From the NCBI GenBank assembly GCA_964016885.1, contig OZ024750.1:30256001-30320000 (forward strand): a stretch of 64,000 nucleotides of DNA. The letters are read 5' to 3'. Positions 39,111 through 52,847 of the stretch are shown in pieces. How positions within the stretch are numbered: position 1 is the first letter of the stretch; every line of letters begins with the position of its first letter. The stretch is from Eledone cirrhosa (taxonomy: Eukaryota). The notes under the pieces are model-generated. The model saw only the letters and a program-made list of their open reading frames with translations. It was not told the DNA's origin and made no database searches. The position numbers and the translations under genes were made by a program.

Positions 39111-39230
39111 TAAATGAGGTTGGTATTAGGAATGGTATCCAGCTGTAGAAACCAAGCCAGAAAGAGTTCTGTATGAGTAAGACATGGTCTTCTGACTTGA
39201 CTTGACTCACAATGGCACAACTAACATAAG

Positions 39231-39660
39231 TGTAGTGACCTACATTCTGCAGGCTCACATACATTCTCCGTGCGTTATTTTGCTCAGCCCAACCCTTGAC
39301 TGCCAGTGGAGGAGAATGTATCTCTACGCGCCCTGAGGGAAAAATTCCTGCGTCAATTCGAGAAATCTCTCTCTTGCATCCTGACCTCGAAAAGGTAAAT
39401 AACTAACTTTCTTTCGTCGTGAAATCACTAGCCAATATGTAACACAACAACTTAACCACGGCCTGGAAACACTTCAGCCAGTAGACCGTGCCTTAAGAAA
39501 TTCTTAATTCGTTTGTTTTATTACTCTTGGCATGCCTGCTCTACTCAGCTCTACATAGCTCAACCTTGTTAATAAATAATGTAAAACAAACCAAAGTTGT
39601 TGTCGATGTTCTTATCACATCTTTCTACCGAACTGGTTACTCGTGGCGCTACTAACTATA
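39231..39660. mobile_element. Candidate solo LTR
   Basis: ~430-bp CpG-richer insert splitting a SINE tail; starts TGTAGTGAC, near the end GGCGCTAC (imperfect inverted termini); AATAAA at ~39571; no clear TSD. Confidence 0.4.
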
Positions 39661-40519
39661 ATATATCTTAACTGCTAAATAAGCATTAAACCCTTGCTAA
39701 AATAGGCATTAAACAGTGATGATGATGATGATGATGTAGGTGTTGTTATTGCTATTGTTGTCATTTCTGGTATCATTATTGTGTGACTAACATAAAAGAC
39801 ATGAATCAACCAATACATGACTGTCGCATTCTTTTTATTTACTCATCCTGCTTCTCTGAAGTACAAAACCTCAGGTAAAAGTTACCTCATGGTTCCAGTG
39901 AACAGAACTACAAAGGTATTATTTCAGAGTGATGGATATGCCCCCCCCCCCCCCCCCCATCCAATGAATAATATAGTCCTTGTTACATCATCTTCTAAAC
40001 AGCAGCTCAATAATTAGAAAGTTATATTAATAAATTCCTTCAAAGTTTTGATTATTTTAAAAATAAATTGAAACATGTGAGCTATGTATTTCATGAAAAA
40101 TATTCTAATGAAATGGTTAGAGTATGATTGACCTTCAAGAATTGGCTCATACCAAAATATGATGAGAGATTTCGGCTGTTTGTGACATCTCCCCACCATA
40201 CTGAACAACTTCCAACAACACTTAGCTATAGCTCCACCATATTCTAATTAAAGTCTGATTACTTAATTAGAATCTGAAGCCTTCAAGAAAGAAAGAGAGA
40301 AATGTTTCTAGGCACATGATATAATTAATTTCTCATTAACTGTTTCCAATTTAAGCACAAGGCCAACAATTTGAGGGAAGGTGGGAAATCAATGACACCA
40401 GTGCTTGGGTGGTATCTTATTAAGCTGAAACTCCTTTTCATCACAAAGCAGTTCCAGCTAGATCTTGTCAACAAAGTCTTCATTCAGTTTAAATACACAA
40501 TTCTCCGATATTTAAATGG

Positions 40520-40823
40520 CTAAATGTCAGTAGAAGACTTGGATACAGGAGTCATGACCTGGATACAGCCCGGCCCCCTTAAAGTGTAAGAAGTTGAGGA
40601 CCAAAACACTTGTTTGAGGGTTGGGGTTCTTCTCCGAAGATCTTTTCTGCTGTCCAGCTCTCCTGAGAGTTTCTAAATGTCAGTAGAAGAGCCCCCAGGA
40701 GTCGTGACTTGGATACAGCCCGGCCCCTTTAAAGAGTAAGAAGTTGAGGATCAAAACACTTGGTTGAGGGTTGGGGTTCTTCTCTGAAGATCTTTTCTGC
40801 TGTCCAGCTCTCCTGAGAGTTTC
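40520..40823. repeat. ~152-bp tandem duplication
   Basis: CTAAATGTCAGTAGAAGA...CAGCTCTCCTGAGAGTTTCT occurs twice. Confidence 0.9.
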
Positions 40824-40824
40824 T

Positions 40825-41765
40825 TACCATTATTTTGTCAACACTGAAAGAATGAAAGGCAAAGTTGGCCTCAGCAGGATTTGAACTCAGAATGTCAAGA
40901 ACTGGGACAAGCACCACTTGGTATTTTGTTTGATGTTCTAATGATTCAGCCATCCACCATCTTTATTAACAAAATCACACAACACACAACCTAAAGCAAT
41001 TCCCCCTCCACACACACACACTCACACACACACAAATAACAAAAACAACAAGAATAATAATTGTTTCTACTGTTTGGCACAAGGCCAGCAATTAACCAGT
41101 ACATTACTGGTACTTTATTTTATCGACCCCGTAAGGATGAAAGGCAAAGTTAACATCGGCGGGATTTGAACTCAGAATGGCAAGGGCCGTAACTCTATGC
41201 GTCAAAGCATGGCGTCCAACTCTCTACTGATACTGCCAATCTCGCCAACAACAACAATAATAATCATAATAGTAATAATGGTTTCTGATTTAAGCACAAG
41301 GCCATTTTGATGGTTGAGAAAGTTGATTAAATCAAATCAACCCCAATGCATTACTGGTACATTAATCAATCCCAGGAGGATGAAGGGCAAAGTTGACTGC
41401 TGTAGGATTTGAACTCACAATGTAAAAAGTCAAATAATAATTGTTTCTACTTTAGGCACAAGGCCAGCAATTATCCCAGTGTATTACTGGTACTTTATTT
41501 TATCGACCCCGTAAGGATGAAAGGTCAAATAATAATGATAATAATAACAACAATAACAATAATAATAGCAAGATATCTGAATCAGGCACAAGGCTAGCAA
41601 TTGGGGTGGGGGGGGGAAGAAAGTCGATTAAATCGACCCCAATGCATAACTGGTACTTTATTTTATCAACCCCATAAGGATGAAAGGCAAAGCTAACCTC
41701 GGTAGGATTTGAACTCAGAACATAAAGGGACGTAACTATGCCACGAAGCATGTTGTCCGATGCTA
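40825..41765 (-). mobile_element. Cluster of 4-5 full or partial family A SINEs
   Basis: Repeated reverse-complement central and tail motifs at ~40830, 41060, 41280, 41440, 41580. Confidence 0.85.
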
Positions 41766-41839
41766 TAATAATAATAATGGTGACTTCTTTTATTGGCCAC
41801 AAGGGTCCCAGACATTGAGGACAATACAAGAACAAAACT

Positions 41840-42155
41840 ACACAGAATAGGGTTTACATTGAGTAATGGGAAGGGGACCTCACAGAATAGGGTTTACATT
41901 GAGTAAGGGGAAGGGGACATCACAGAATAGGGTTTACATTGAGTAAGGGGACATCACAAAATAGGGTTTACATTGAGTAATGGGAAGGGGACCTCACAGA
42001 ATAGGGTTTACATTGAGTAATGGGAAGGGGGCATCACAGAATAGGGTTTAAATTGAGTAATGGGAAGGGGACATCACAGAATAGGATTTACATTGAGTAA
42101 TGGCAAGGGGACCTCACAGAGGGGTTTTACATTGAGTAATGGAAAAGGGACCACA
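41840..42155. repeat. ~39-bp minisatellite, ~8 copies
   Basis: Unit CACAGAATAGGGTTTACATTGAGTAATGGGAAGGGGAC(A/C)T. Confidence 0.9.
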
Positions 42156-42876
42156 CATGTAAAAACAGTAGATATAACAAGAATAGATTAACCTGGTGTT
42201 TGGAACATAACTTAACAAAGGGCCTTATGTAAATTATGATGGAAGGTGTTTTCATAAATATAAACTTCCAAGCAGGGAAAAGCAGACATAAAATGATGAT
42301 AAATTATAAACATTTTAAAATAAACAGTTTAGTATCTTCGAATTGGAGGCAGTTTCAGGCAGTTTGCTATGAAAAGAGGTAAAGATTCACAAATATATTC
42401 ATGAAATAGATAAATAAATGAAAAATAAATAAATAAATAAGTGCATTAATAAAAACTAGATTTCTTTAAAAGAAAAAATTAAAGAGAAATGAAATTGAAA
42501 TTTCACTTTATAATAAGAATTGTCCAAAAATATTTCTGCAAATAAATTAAAAGATGAAAAATAGCCTCTGTATACATCTCCATCTTTTTCCGATGATGGC
42601 AGTGTCTATACTTCAATAAGGGAACAATTGTTGTTTAGATTGATTTCTAAACACTTATAATTTAATCAATAGCTACCAAATGTAAAATAAAATTAAAACA
42701 TGGCAGCATTTCTTTTGTAAGACACAAACAGCCAAAGAGAAATTTAATTAAGTAGACGATATGTTTGACTCTGCAATAATTTAACAGAAAATGGGTTCAT
42801 TAATTCAAATAGTAATAGTATCTTTACTAGTGGAGAGGTCATTGTGAAAATCTGCAGTATTAAAGTAAAGGCTTTA

Positions 42877-43100
42877 ACCCTTTTGTTACTAACCTGGCCA
42901 AAACCAGCTCTGGTTCTATGAAATATAATCACCCATTTTAAAGGTTTCCAATTTAAATTAAAATCTTCCAACATAATTTTATATAAGAACCTTAAATTAC
43001 TATCTTAGTAATGAAATAATAATTTTAGTAAATCCCTCAAAATGTTTCATTAATAAATTGAAATAAAGTGTAGTTCATTCGAAATATGGACATGAAAGGG
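42877..43100. mobile_element. TTAA-flanked MITE
   Basis: TTAA-CCCTTTTGT ... ATGAAAGGG-TTAA; body similar to 29710-29970. Confidence 0.65.
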
Positions 43101-43254
43101 TTAATTTTCAATGTGATGCAGCCATAGTGCTGTTTTGTACTTGGTAAGAATGTATTACTCATACAGTTTTATGTGGTATAGACTTTTAGAGTTAATTTAT
43201 GTGTGTGTGTGTATGCATGCATGCATGTATGTATGTGTGTAAATGTATGTTTAT

Positions 43255-43845
43255 GCAACTGACTTGGTAGACACCCACAAAATGATTAACCATCTTGCCA
43301 ACAACAACCCTCAGCCCTTTTTTGAATTTCATATGTCTAACACCCGTGGACATACTTACAAAATAAGAAAACAGCACAGCTCCAATGACTTTCGGAAACA
43401 TTTTTCATGCTCAGAGCCCCTGAAGCATGAAACAAACTATCTGCATCAGTTGTTAGCTGTTGAGTCATTGCATCCTTCAAAACTTCTCGAAATTCGCCAA
43501 CACTATACCTGATATTCCCCCTCCATAGACAAGCATGCTTGTATCTGTTTGTATATCATGACTTATACACTGTTCACTTTCCTGACATTTGTACATTGGT
43601 AGAACGTCGGAAACCATGCTTTGCAGCACAGAGTTACGGCCCTTTACAGTCTGAGTTCAAAACCCGCCAAGGTTAACTTTTTCTTTCATCCTTAAGGGCT
43701 CAATAAAACAAAGCACCAGCAATGCACTGAGGTAATTGCTGGCTTTGTACCAAAAGTAAAAACAATTATTCTATGTACTATACATGCACCTTTGATGAGT
43801 TGTAGTGCACCTGAGCACTGTACACAATAATTTTCATTATTATTA
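43255..43845 (+). mobile_element. CR1 3' fragment interrupted by a family A SINE (43597-43768)
   Basis: TDLVDTHKMINHL..TRGHTYKIRKQ matches 51790-52200. Confidence 0.88.
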
Positions 43846-44280
43846 TATTTGTGTATGTGTGCATATAAATGTACATGCAAGTAACAATTATTTACCCTAT
43901 CTTAAATGTTGAATTAAATAAGTGACTCCAAAGCAATCTAATGTTATCTATAAACCAACCAAAGAAACATTGTCAAATCCCCTAAAGCAGACCTAAACTA
44001 CTATATATACCTCACTCATAATATATATCAAAACATAGCCATAAGAAATACTGAAATTATATCAGGCTGGTTATGAGAAGGATGCAATAGCAACATTAAA
44101 ATCTTAGTGTGTGTATGTGTGTGTGTGGGGGGGGGGGGGATAGTAGTGCTGATTATGATGGTGATAATGATTATGATGATGGTGGTGATTGTGATATTTG
44201 ACTTATTCTCTAGCAGCTAACCTCTTCCATGATAATCTATTTATATTTATTATATTTTTTTTTTTTAACGATTTCCTCAC

Positions 44281-44500
44281 TTGAGATTCTTGTATGCCTA
44301 GAGTCCTCAACAGTTCTAACCACCAAGTGGTTGCTTCAATATTCTGCTGTTCTTTGTCAATGAAGGTTACCATGTGAAACAGTGAGTCTGCCATATGATG
44401 CAGTGAATCTACAATCTCATGAAGCATTGTTTTTAAGATTTCTATACAACATTCATTGTTTGCTTTATATAAACAGATTTGTCCTTTGGTGAAATTCAAT
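44281..44500 (-). CDS. Weak candidate coding exon
   Basis: Non-repetitive protein-like frame EILKTMLHEIVDSLHHMADSLFHMVTFIDKEQQNIEATTWWLELLRTLGIQESQ ending at CAA|GTGAGG; acceptor not clearly defined. Confidence 0.3.
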
Positions 44501-45204
44501 AGATTAATTGATTGAATATGATCAAATGTCTCCAGAAATGTAACAATACCAATAAATTAATGCTAATCACAAGAAATATGATCTTTTTCCACTTCTTCTT
44601 TAGTTCTTTTTGCTCTATATGGATCATTGGGTGAAGAAGGAGCTCCATTCCCCACTCTCACAAGCACCATCACAAACATGCTCCCAGGTTAGGTCGATGT
44701 ATGTCAGGTTCTTTTTCCTCCACATACCTCAACCAGCTCTTGACATATCTGTCTTGCTTCCTATACCTACTCTCTCTGGTTTTTTTTTTTTTTTTTTTTT
44801 TGATAGTAGAAAGCTCTTAAGTGCTTGGCATCCTAACATAAATGACATTGTGGATTTCTACACTTAAATGTGTGCCAGGTGTTCCTTCACAGACCTCCAC
44901 CAGGTCTGCCTTACTTTCTATACCTACTCTCCTTGTTTTGTTTTTTTGTTGAAGGTAGAAAGCTCTCAAGAAGTTGGTATCATCACATAAATGACATTGT
45001 AGTTTTCTACCCTCAATTGTAACATGCAGCTCTTCTCTAGCAGGTGAATGGGGCCTGGGACTTTTACCAGATTTTCTGGTTTAATCTGGAGCAAGATTTC
45101 TAAAGTGACCCCAGATCAGTTCTCTCACAAAGTTCCTGGGCTGGTAGTTGAAACATCTAGCTTAAGGTCACAAGGTGTCACCCATGACCTTAAGATTGAA
45201 ACCA

Positions 45205-45490
45205 CCAACCTAACCACTACATCATGTACCTTCATACCACCTTAACTACTGGGTCATGTGGCTATACCCTCCCTAACCACTACACCATGTGCCATCACAC
45301 CACCCTAATCACTAAGTCACGTAACGTCATACCAAACTAACCACCAGGTCAGGTGACATCATACCACACTAACCACCAGGTCAGGTGACTTCATACCACA
45401 CTAACCACCAGGTCACATGATGTCATACCACCTTAACCACCAGGTCAGGTGACTTCATACCACCCTAGCCACCAGGTCAGGTGACATACC
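45205..45490. repeat. ~32-bp minisatellite resembling a reversed SINE 5' end
   Basis: Unit CTAACCACCAGGTCAGGTGACTTCATACCACA; compare SINE head reverse complement CTAACCACTAAGCCATGTGCC. Confidence 0.75.
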
Positions 45491-45664
45491 ACACACACAC
45501 ACATATATATATATATACATATATATATATGCAGAGAGAGAGAGAGAGATAACAGTGTTGATATATCAAGTTGTTACGCAGTAATAATGATCATTTGAGA
45601 AAATAACACTTACACAGGAATATCAAATGATCGTTATTTACTGTAAGGGTTTCTAATTATGTCA

Positions 45665-46120
45665 TATCAGCAGCAACATCATCACTATCACCACCGTCCT
45701 CACCGCTAACATCATCACCATCACCACCGTCCTCACCACTAACATCACCACCGTCCTCACCGCCAAAATCACCGCCATCATCACCATCCTCACCGCCAAC
45801 ATCACCACTATCACCACCATCCTCACCGCCAACATCACCACTATCACAACCATCGTCACCACCATCCTCACCGCCAACATCATCACTATCACAACCATCG
45901 TCACCGCCATCCTCACTGCCAACATCACTACTATCACTACCATCATCACCACCATCACCACAATCCTCACTGCCAACATCACCACAAAAACCACCATCCT
46001 CACCGCCATCACCACCATCCTCACCACCATTTCAAGGATGATTGCCATCACTACCACCAACACCAACACTGCAATCACCCACCATGATGGTGGGTGATTG
46101 CCACCATCACCACCATCCTA
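45665..46120. repeat. (CAC/CAT)-based minisatellite
   Basis: CACCATCCTCACCGCCAACATCACCACTAT-like units. Confidence 0.9.
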
Positions 46121-46124
46121 ACCA

Positions 46125-46420
46125 CCAACATTGTCAATATAATGAACAAGCTGACCAGCCGAGTTATTTACCAAACATCTCATTTCATTACACTTCACAA
46201 CATCCATTTCTGGTTCTATTCCTCTCACCCTGTTACTTTCATCATTTTTAAACAAATGGCCCAACCAACTCTTCACAACATTTATCAAAGGCTTTATTCC
46301 TCTCTCCCAGCCACTTTCATCTTTTCTCAACACATGACCCAGCCATCTCATTCTATATCTCATTCTATTTTTCTTCACAACATTCGTAACTTGTTCTGTT
46401 CCTTTCACCCAAGATTCTAC
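46125..46420 (-). mobile_element. Tandemly repeated RTE-like fragment
   Basis: RMRWLGHVLRKDESGW..I and SWLGHLFKNDESNRVRGI, repeated copies of the RTE C-terminal motif. Confidence 0.55.
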
Positions 46421-47149
46421 AAACATTTGAATTAAACTTATTTAAAGATACTAGCAGATTTTGGCAGTATCGGTAGCGGGTTGGACGCCATGCTTTCCAG
46501 CATAGTTACGTCCCTTTACGATCTGAGTTCAAATCTCGCCGAGGTTGACTTTGCCTTTCATCCTTACAGGGTCGATAAAATAAAGTACCAGTAATGCACT
46601 GGGTAATTGCTGGCCTTGTGCCTAAAGTAGAAACAATTATTTAAAGATGTGTAGCGTGCATATTGATATTATACGCATGTGTAGCATGCATATTGATATT
46701 ATACGCATGTGTAGCGTGCATATTGATATTATACGCAAATATACATACATGTAGATATGATACGTCAAATAAAATCATAATTGAGAATATGCACAGAAAT
46801 TGAAGAGAGACTGTGTTACACTGTCTTCTGTAATCAGTAAAGTAATCCATGATACATTAAAAAAAGACGATATTATATGTAAACTGCATTACGGTAAAAT
46901 GTAATGAAAACGAAAAAGGAGGAAATTAGCAACAGAAATATAAACGTTATGATATAACGATGCAAATATATGGACGTTTATATAAGCAATATGTGATATA
47001 GCGTCCGGTATAACCGGATGTATTGACATTTGAAAATGTTTAAAGAAGTGAATCTTAAAATAAGCAATCATTATATATAAGAATAGTTATGTTTAATCAA
47101 CAGCTCTGAAATTCAGTACATAAATTATGTAATATTCATTCATTATTTA

Positions 47150-47470
47150 TTCAAATCCCGCCGAGGTTAACTTTGCCTTTCATCCTTACGGGGGTCAATA
47201 GAATAAAGTACCAGTAATGTACTGGAGTAATTGCTGGCCTTGTGCCAAAAGTAGAAACAATTATTTATTCAAAGTAATTGGGTGGTGAATTGGCAGTATC
47301 GGTAGAGGGTCGGACGCCATGCTTTGACACATAGTGTTACGGCCCTTTATGATCTGAGATCAAATCCCTCCGAGGTTAACTTTGCCTTTCATCCTTACGG
47401 GGTCGATAAAATAAAGTACCAGTAATGTACTGGGTAATTGCTGGCCTTGTGCCAAAAGTAGAAACAATTA
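47150..47470 (+). mobile_element. Tandem family A SINEs (5'-truncated + full)
   Basis: ATTATTTATTCAAA occurs three times: before, between and after. Confidence 0.88.
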
Positions 47471-47990
47471 TTTATTCAAAGTAATTCAACTTATTTTATA
47501 AGAATAAATATATTCAGGACACAATCCAGCAATCCTCTCTTTATTATATTTTGATTTTCTACTAAATCATTAGAGGATGTTAAGAATTAACATGTAAATT
47601 AAATGTTTTCCACCAGCGATGTAAAGAATAACAAAAAGAGCAGCCATTTCTTCATACTCTTAATATTGATGATTTCTTATGCCACATATTCAGCAGAATT
47701 ACCAGGAATATTATAGTTTGTAGCTAGTTTGAATTGATACCAGTAAGTATGATAAGATTGATAGGTTTATTGTTAAAATGATTGGTTATAGATCTTGTTT
47801 TAAATCAACCTTGTTATTCTGGTATATTTTTGAGCAATTCAGATATCTGACTTTCTAGAACTGATAATTCTATCAAAACTGTAGATTTTACCAACATGAA
47901 ATATCAATGTTTTGTGAGTGGTATTTAGTAGATAGAAGTTGCAGAAGCTCAACGTGTATGTGTATATGTGTAAATGTATATATATATATA

Positions 47991-48166
47991 CGAAGGCAAT
48001 CCCAAAAGTAAGGTCTCCTTCCGATATTGCAACTTTTCCGTTAAAATCCTGTGGATGGTGCTTCGGGAAACCTCAGGAACCAAAATGCAGAGAGCATCCA
48101 GAGTGATCCGACGATCTTTACGCATGTTTTCCTCGGAAGGAGACCTTGCTTTTGGGATTGCCCTCG
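47991..48166. mobile_element. Tc1/mariner-type MITE
   Basis: 34-bp TIRs CGAAGGCAATCCCAAAAGTAAGGTCTCCTTCCGA / TCGGAAGGAGACCTTGCTTTTGGGATTGCCCTCG; TA on both flanks. Confidence 0.88.
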
Positions 48167-48564
48167 TATATAATAACTGCGTGGAATTCGGACTTGTCGG
48201 TAGCGTTCAACGGAAGGTCCATCCTCAACGGCTGCCAAGCAGAGATTGAGGATCCCAGCGAAGTGCGCGCATGCTTGTTTGGGAGTGAAGGAAGCACCAA
48301 TCACAACAGATCTGGTTTAGAATAGGTAAATTCAAAACCTGCATGCTGTAAAAGGCAACCAAAATGATTGGCACCAAAAAGGGCATATAACACTTAAAAA
48401 GGACCCCATGTCATGGGAACTGCAAAGCTAACTTCTGATTTAACAGGGGGAAATCCTACCCATGCTAGTATGGAAGATGGACATTAAACGAGGATGATGA
48501 TGATGATAATGAAATATGGCTTTCAAACACTACATAAAGTTATGTAGTATTTATAAGGTAATAA

Positions 48565-48885
48565 GTATGGCTTAGTGGTTAGAGCGTCAGGCTTATAATC
48601 GTGAGGTTCTGAGTTCGATTCTCAGACCAGGCTTTGCGTTGTGTTCTTGAGCAAGACACTTTATTTCATGTTGTTCCAGTTCACTCAGCTGTAGAAATGA
48701 GTTGCGATGTCACTTGTGCCAAGCTGTTTCGGCCACCGCTTTTCCTTGTATGGAGAGGGAAAACTGGTATCCATGGGCGACTGCTGGTCTTCCACAAACA
48801 ACCTTGCCAGGATTTGTACCTTGAAGGGGAAACTTTCAAGGTGCAAATCCTATAGTCATTTGTGACCAAAGGGGGTCTTTTCACT
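48565..48885 (+). mobile_element. tRNA/CORE-like SINE (family C): same head as family B, different 3' half
   Basis: GGCTTAGTGGTTAGAGCG..GAGTTCGATTC..CTTGAGCAAGACACTTT..CAGCTGTAGAAATGAG, then diverges from family B. Confidence 0.8.
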
Positions 48886-50689
48886 AAGCATTACTCTCTA
48901 GTAAGGGTGTCTGACTATACAACACTGCATCAAAAAGGAGCCTATGCCATTGGAACTGCAAAACCTGATTTAGCAAGGGGGAATGACCTCCAAACACTTT
49001 TATCGCTGTTGTTGTTGTTGTGTATATAAGGCAATAATTATTAGTCTATAGTCGATATTTCTCTTTCACCTTTTTAATAAAAGAAATGTAGAGGTCAGGG
49101 CTGTTTTCTTACTTCCAGATTCAGGAAGATTACCATATTTCCTTATCTAATAAGTAATCCTTCGATGATTTTCAATATAGCACATTATATACAAAATTGA
49201 ATATCTTCTAATATCGCTAGACATAATCAATAATTTATTAACGTTTCCAGTCAACCAGAAAATTCCCTTAGTTTACATGGAACAACTTTTTCTTAAGCTA
49301 ACATCTATTTACATTCATCATCATCATAAGTATTTTATGTCCATTTGTCCAGGTTTGAATGGTTTGAATTAGTCTTCTCTAGTACTACAGTGTCTTGCTA
49401 ACTGTTGTCTTGTTAGTCATTCTAAGACACAAGTGGCTCAACAGGCAAGTACTTATCTTGGTTTCATGTGGTATTAAGTGATTGGATGGGACAAATATAT
49501 CAGGGATATAAGCTCACAGAAAACCTCTATATGGCCAATTAAACCGCTAGAAATAGCAACCAAATCTGTCATCTATTATAAGGAAGAACACATTGAACAA
49601 TGTAGTCCTACATAAACTGTTTGAATAAGATTATGGTTCAATGTGAATCTATTCTAAAGTTAAGCTCCAGCTAATACTGGTATTTGTCTTTAACTGAAAG
49701 GATTGGAACAATGAAGAATGAAGTACCTTGATCAAGACCACAACACATCACCCAGGTCAGGGATTGAACTCATGATTTAACAATTGTGGGAATAACACTC
49801 TAAACACCTACCTGCTCACCCTCATTTATTTATTATAGTCCTTTATCTCCTTTTTGAAATTCAGCTTTTATAGGGAGACTCTACAGAGGTCATAAGTGCA
49901 GCCCTATACCTTGGACTAAATAATAATTTCTGATTTAGCCACAAATCCATTAATTTTGGGGGAGGGGAAAAGTCAAATCAACCCCAGTATGTTACTGGTA
50001 TTTTATTTTATACAAACCTAAGCAAATGCAAACACCAATTCTACAAACAACCTACCTACAAAACTATTGCATCAGCTTAAAATTAAAACATATCCTTCAA
50101 AACCATACCCAAGATCTCTCAGCCCAAACAACAACCAGCCAAATCTAGTTACTGATAGGGAGGTCACATATGTCATCAGGCTACAGCCACCATATTACAT
50201 AGTTTCTATATCACTCTGCAGCAACTGAAACCTCATTAGGTAACAAGTATACATAAAGAAACCTCATTACGTAACAAGTATTCTATAAACAGCAATATAC
50301 ACACATATTTGTATGTAGATATATACCACACATAAACACAAAGTGAAAAGAAATCACACTATTTCGTGTGTGAGACACTATAGTAAGCATCATAACGTAC
50401 ATTATAAAACCACTCTGGACATTGACTTCATTTCTAACCCACACACACCTTTTAATTATATAAATGTGTGCAGATATTTTTGTATACACACACAATACTT
50501 AGGAAAACGGAAACAAAAAACATTTTATTCATCTCGTTAACAAGTGAGCTAAACTTACGCAACATATATATTTGTTTACATTTTGTTCTGCTGTACAGAT
50601 GGACAGACAGAACAAAATTGCTATGGCGACATCCATGGATGAAGTGTGTGATAAAACTGGTCGATGTTCCAAAATAGAACATTGCCCAG

Positions 50690-52215
50690 AAAATCAAAAG
50701 TATTGACCCCGATTTCATTACAGTCACGGAAACATGGGCACATTCTTTACTCTGCGATGGGGTTTTCAGCATAGCTGGCTACAACTTGTTTCACAAAGAA
50801 GCATTAGTCATGGTGGCGGTGGTGGTGTGATGGTCTATATTTGTTCAAACTTTTCAGCAATTCCTTGTGTTCATTTGAACCAATCACAACAAGAAGTATT
50901 TTTCTGCGATATACGCATGACCATGTCAACACTTCTACTTGGAGTGGCTCATGGGTGGATGTTGTTTACCTTGACTTTGCTAAAGCTTTTAATTTGCTAA
51001 AGCTTTTAATTCTGTGTCACATAAAAGACTTAAGGCAAAGCTTTCTGCAATGGGTGTGAGAGATGATCTTTTTAACTGGTTGAAGTCCTTCATTCTCAGT
51101 CAAAAAGAAGTAGTCATGGTTCTAGGACAGCATTCTTCACCCTATGAGATGTCATCCGGTGTACCACAGGGATCTGATTTTGGCCCCTCTTTTGTTTGTT
51201 GCATATATTAATGACATAGTAGCCAACTTAAAGAAGGCCACAGTGCTGAAATATGCAAATGACATCAAGCTGTACCTTGAGATAGAAAGGACAGATCGTG
51301 TACACTATAGATCTTTCCTGCAATCAGACTTGGACACAATGCAGCAATGGATCACAGACTGGCAACTCAAGCTGGCTGTGGACAAGTGTACCACCAATCA
51401 TTTTGAGAGGAAAAACCCAGTGTCCACATACTCCCTCCACAACACTAATATCAAGAAGTCTTCTTGTGAACGTGACCTGGGCATTACTGTCAGCAGTGAT
51501 TTGCATTGGACAAAGCACATCTCTAAAATTATCAAGAAGGCCGAAGGTGTCTTAGCATCACTCAGCAAGATCTTTGTCAGCCGCTCTCCAGCTATCTATT
51601 TAAGGCTATGGTGCGGCCACACTTAGAATTTGCATCACCAGTCTGGAACCCCTATCTGGCTCAGAACATTGACTGCCTGGAAACTGTTCAGAGACGTGCA
51701 ACTAAGTGAATACCCTCCATCAGGCATCTACCATACTCTGAACGCCTTACTTCCCTGGGCATGGATACATTGAAGCTCTGACGTCTGACAACTGACTTGG
51801 TGAACACCCACAAAATCATTAACCATCTTGCCAACAACAACCCTGAGCACCTTTTAGATTTCCATGTGTCTAACACGTCGGCATGCCAACAAAGTCAGAA
51901 AACAGCACAGCTCCCATAACTTTCAGAAACATTTTATCATGCTGAGTTGCTGAAGCATGGAACAAATTACCTGCATCAGTTGTTAGCTGCCAGGACACTG
52001 CATCCTTTTAAACCTCCATGCTTCCTGAAATTCACCGACACTACACCTAATATTCCCCCTCCATACACATGCACTCATATATCTGTGTGTATATCATGAC
52101 TCATACACTGTTCACTTTCTTGACATTTGTATATTATTCTATGTACTATACATGCACCTTTGATGAGTTGTAGTGCACCTGAGCACTGTACACAATATTA
52201 TTATTATTATTATTA
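50690..52215 (+). mobile_element. CR1-clade LINE relic (APE endonuclease N-terminus joined to RT C-half by an internal deletion)
   Basis: PDFITVTETW..GYNLF..GGGVMVY (APE); VDVVYLDFAKAF, SGVPQGS, LLFVAYINDI, YANDIKLY, LQSDLD..W..DWQLKL..DKC (RT); frameshifts and stops; (TAT)n tail. Confidence 0.92.
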
Positions 52216-52710
52216 TACCTATCAGTCCAAGCAGCAATCAGCTGACTCCAGTTACAGATGTCATCAGGCTACAGCCATCATATTATATAATTTCTATATC
52301 ACTCTGCAGCAAATGAAATTCCAATTACGTAACTGGTATAGCCCTCACACATAATCTGTATAACTTCGACTTATCTAGAGTCATTCTCCATGGAAATAAG
52401 ATGCTGAATACAACATATTTGTTTATTGATGAAAAATGATGAATCATCTTATTGAGAATTTCTGAGAACAGAAAGCTGACTTCAGGAGAACTTTAACTAA
52501 ACTTACACCTTTACAACCTCCACTGACACATTCCTTGATAAGATCAATAAAATTGTGTTAAAAGATTAGTTGCTATTTTTGACATTTTTTTCTGTTATTA
52601 CAAAGTTGTAAATGCCAGATTGTGGATATTTAGAACCATCTATAACCATACTAAAACTTAAGGAAATATTCTACAGGAAGAAATATTTACAAAAACATAT
52701 ACACAATAAT

Positions 52711-52747
<37 letters not shown>

Positions 52748-52752
<5 letters not shown>

Positions 52753-52795
52753 GTTTGCAGAAACATATAATACATATGTTTCTGCAAACATTACA
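52748..52795. repeat. Perfect 20-bp-arm hairpin between (TA)n tracts
   Basis: TAATGTTTGCAGAAACATAT-AATAC-ATATGTTTCTGCAAACATTA. Confidence 0.85.
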
Positions 52796-52808
52796 TATAT
52801 ATATATAT

Positions 52809-52847
<39 letters not shown>

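Noticed and set aside
50170-50215. Minus-strand GAAA...CTGATGA (possible type II hammerhead)
   Set aside because: Stems I and II cannot be paired convincingly
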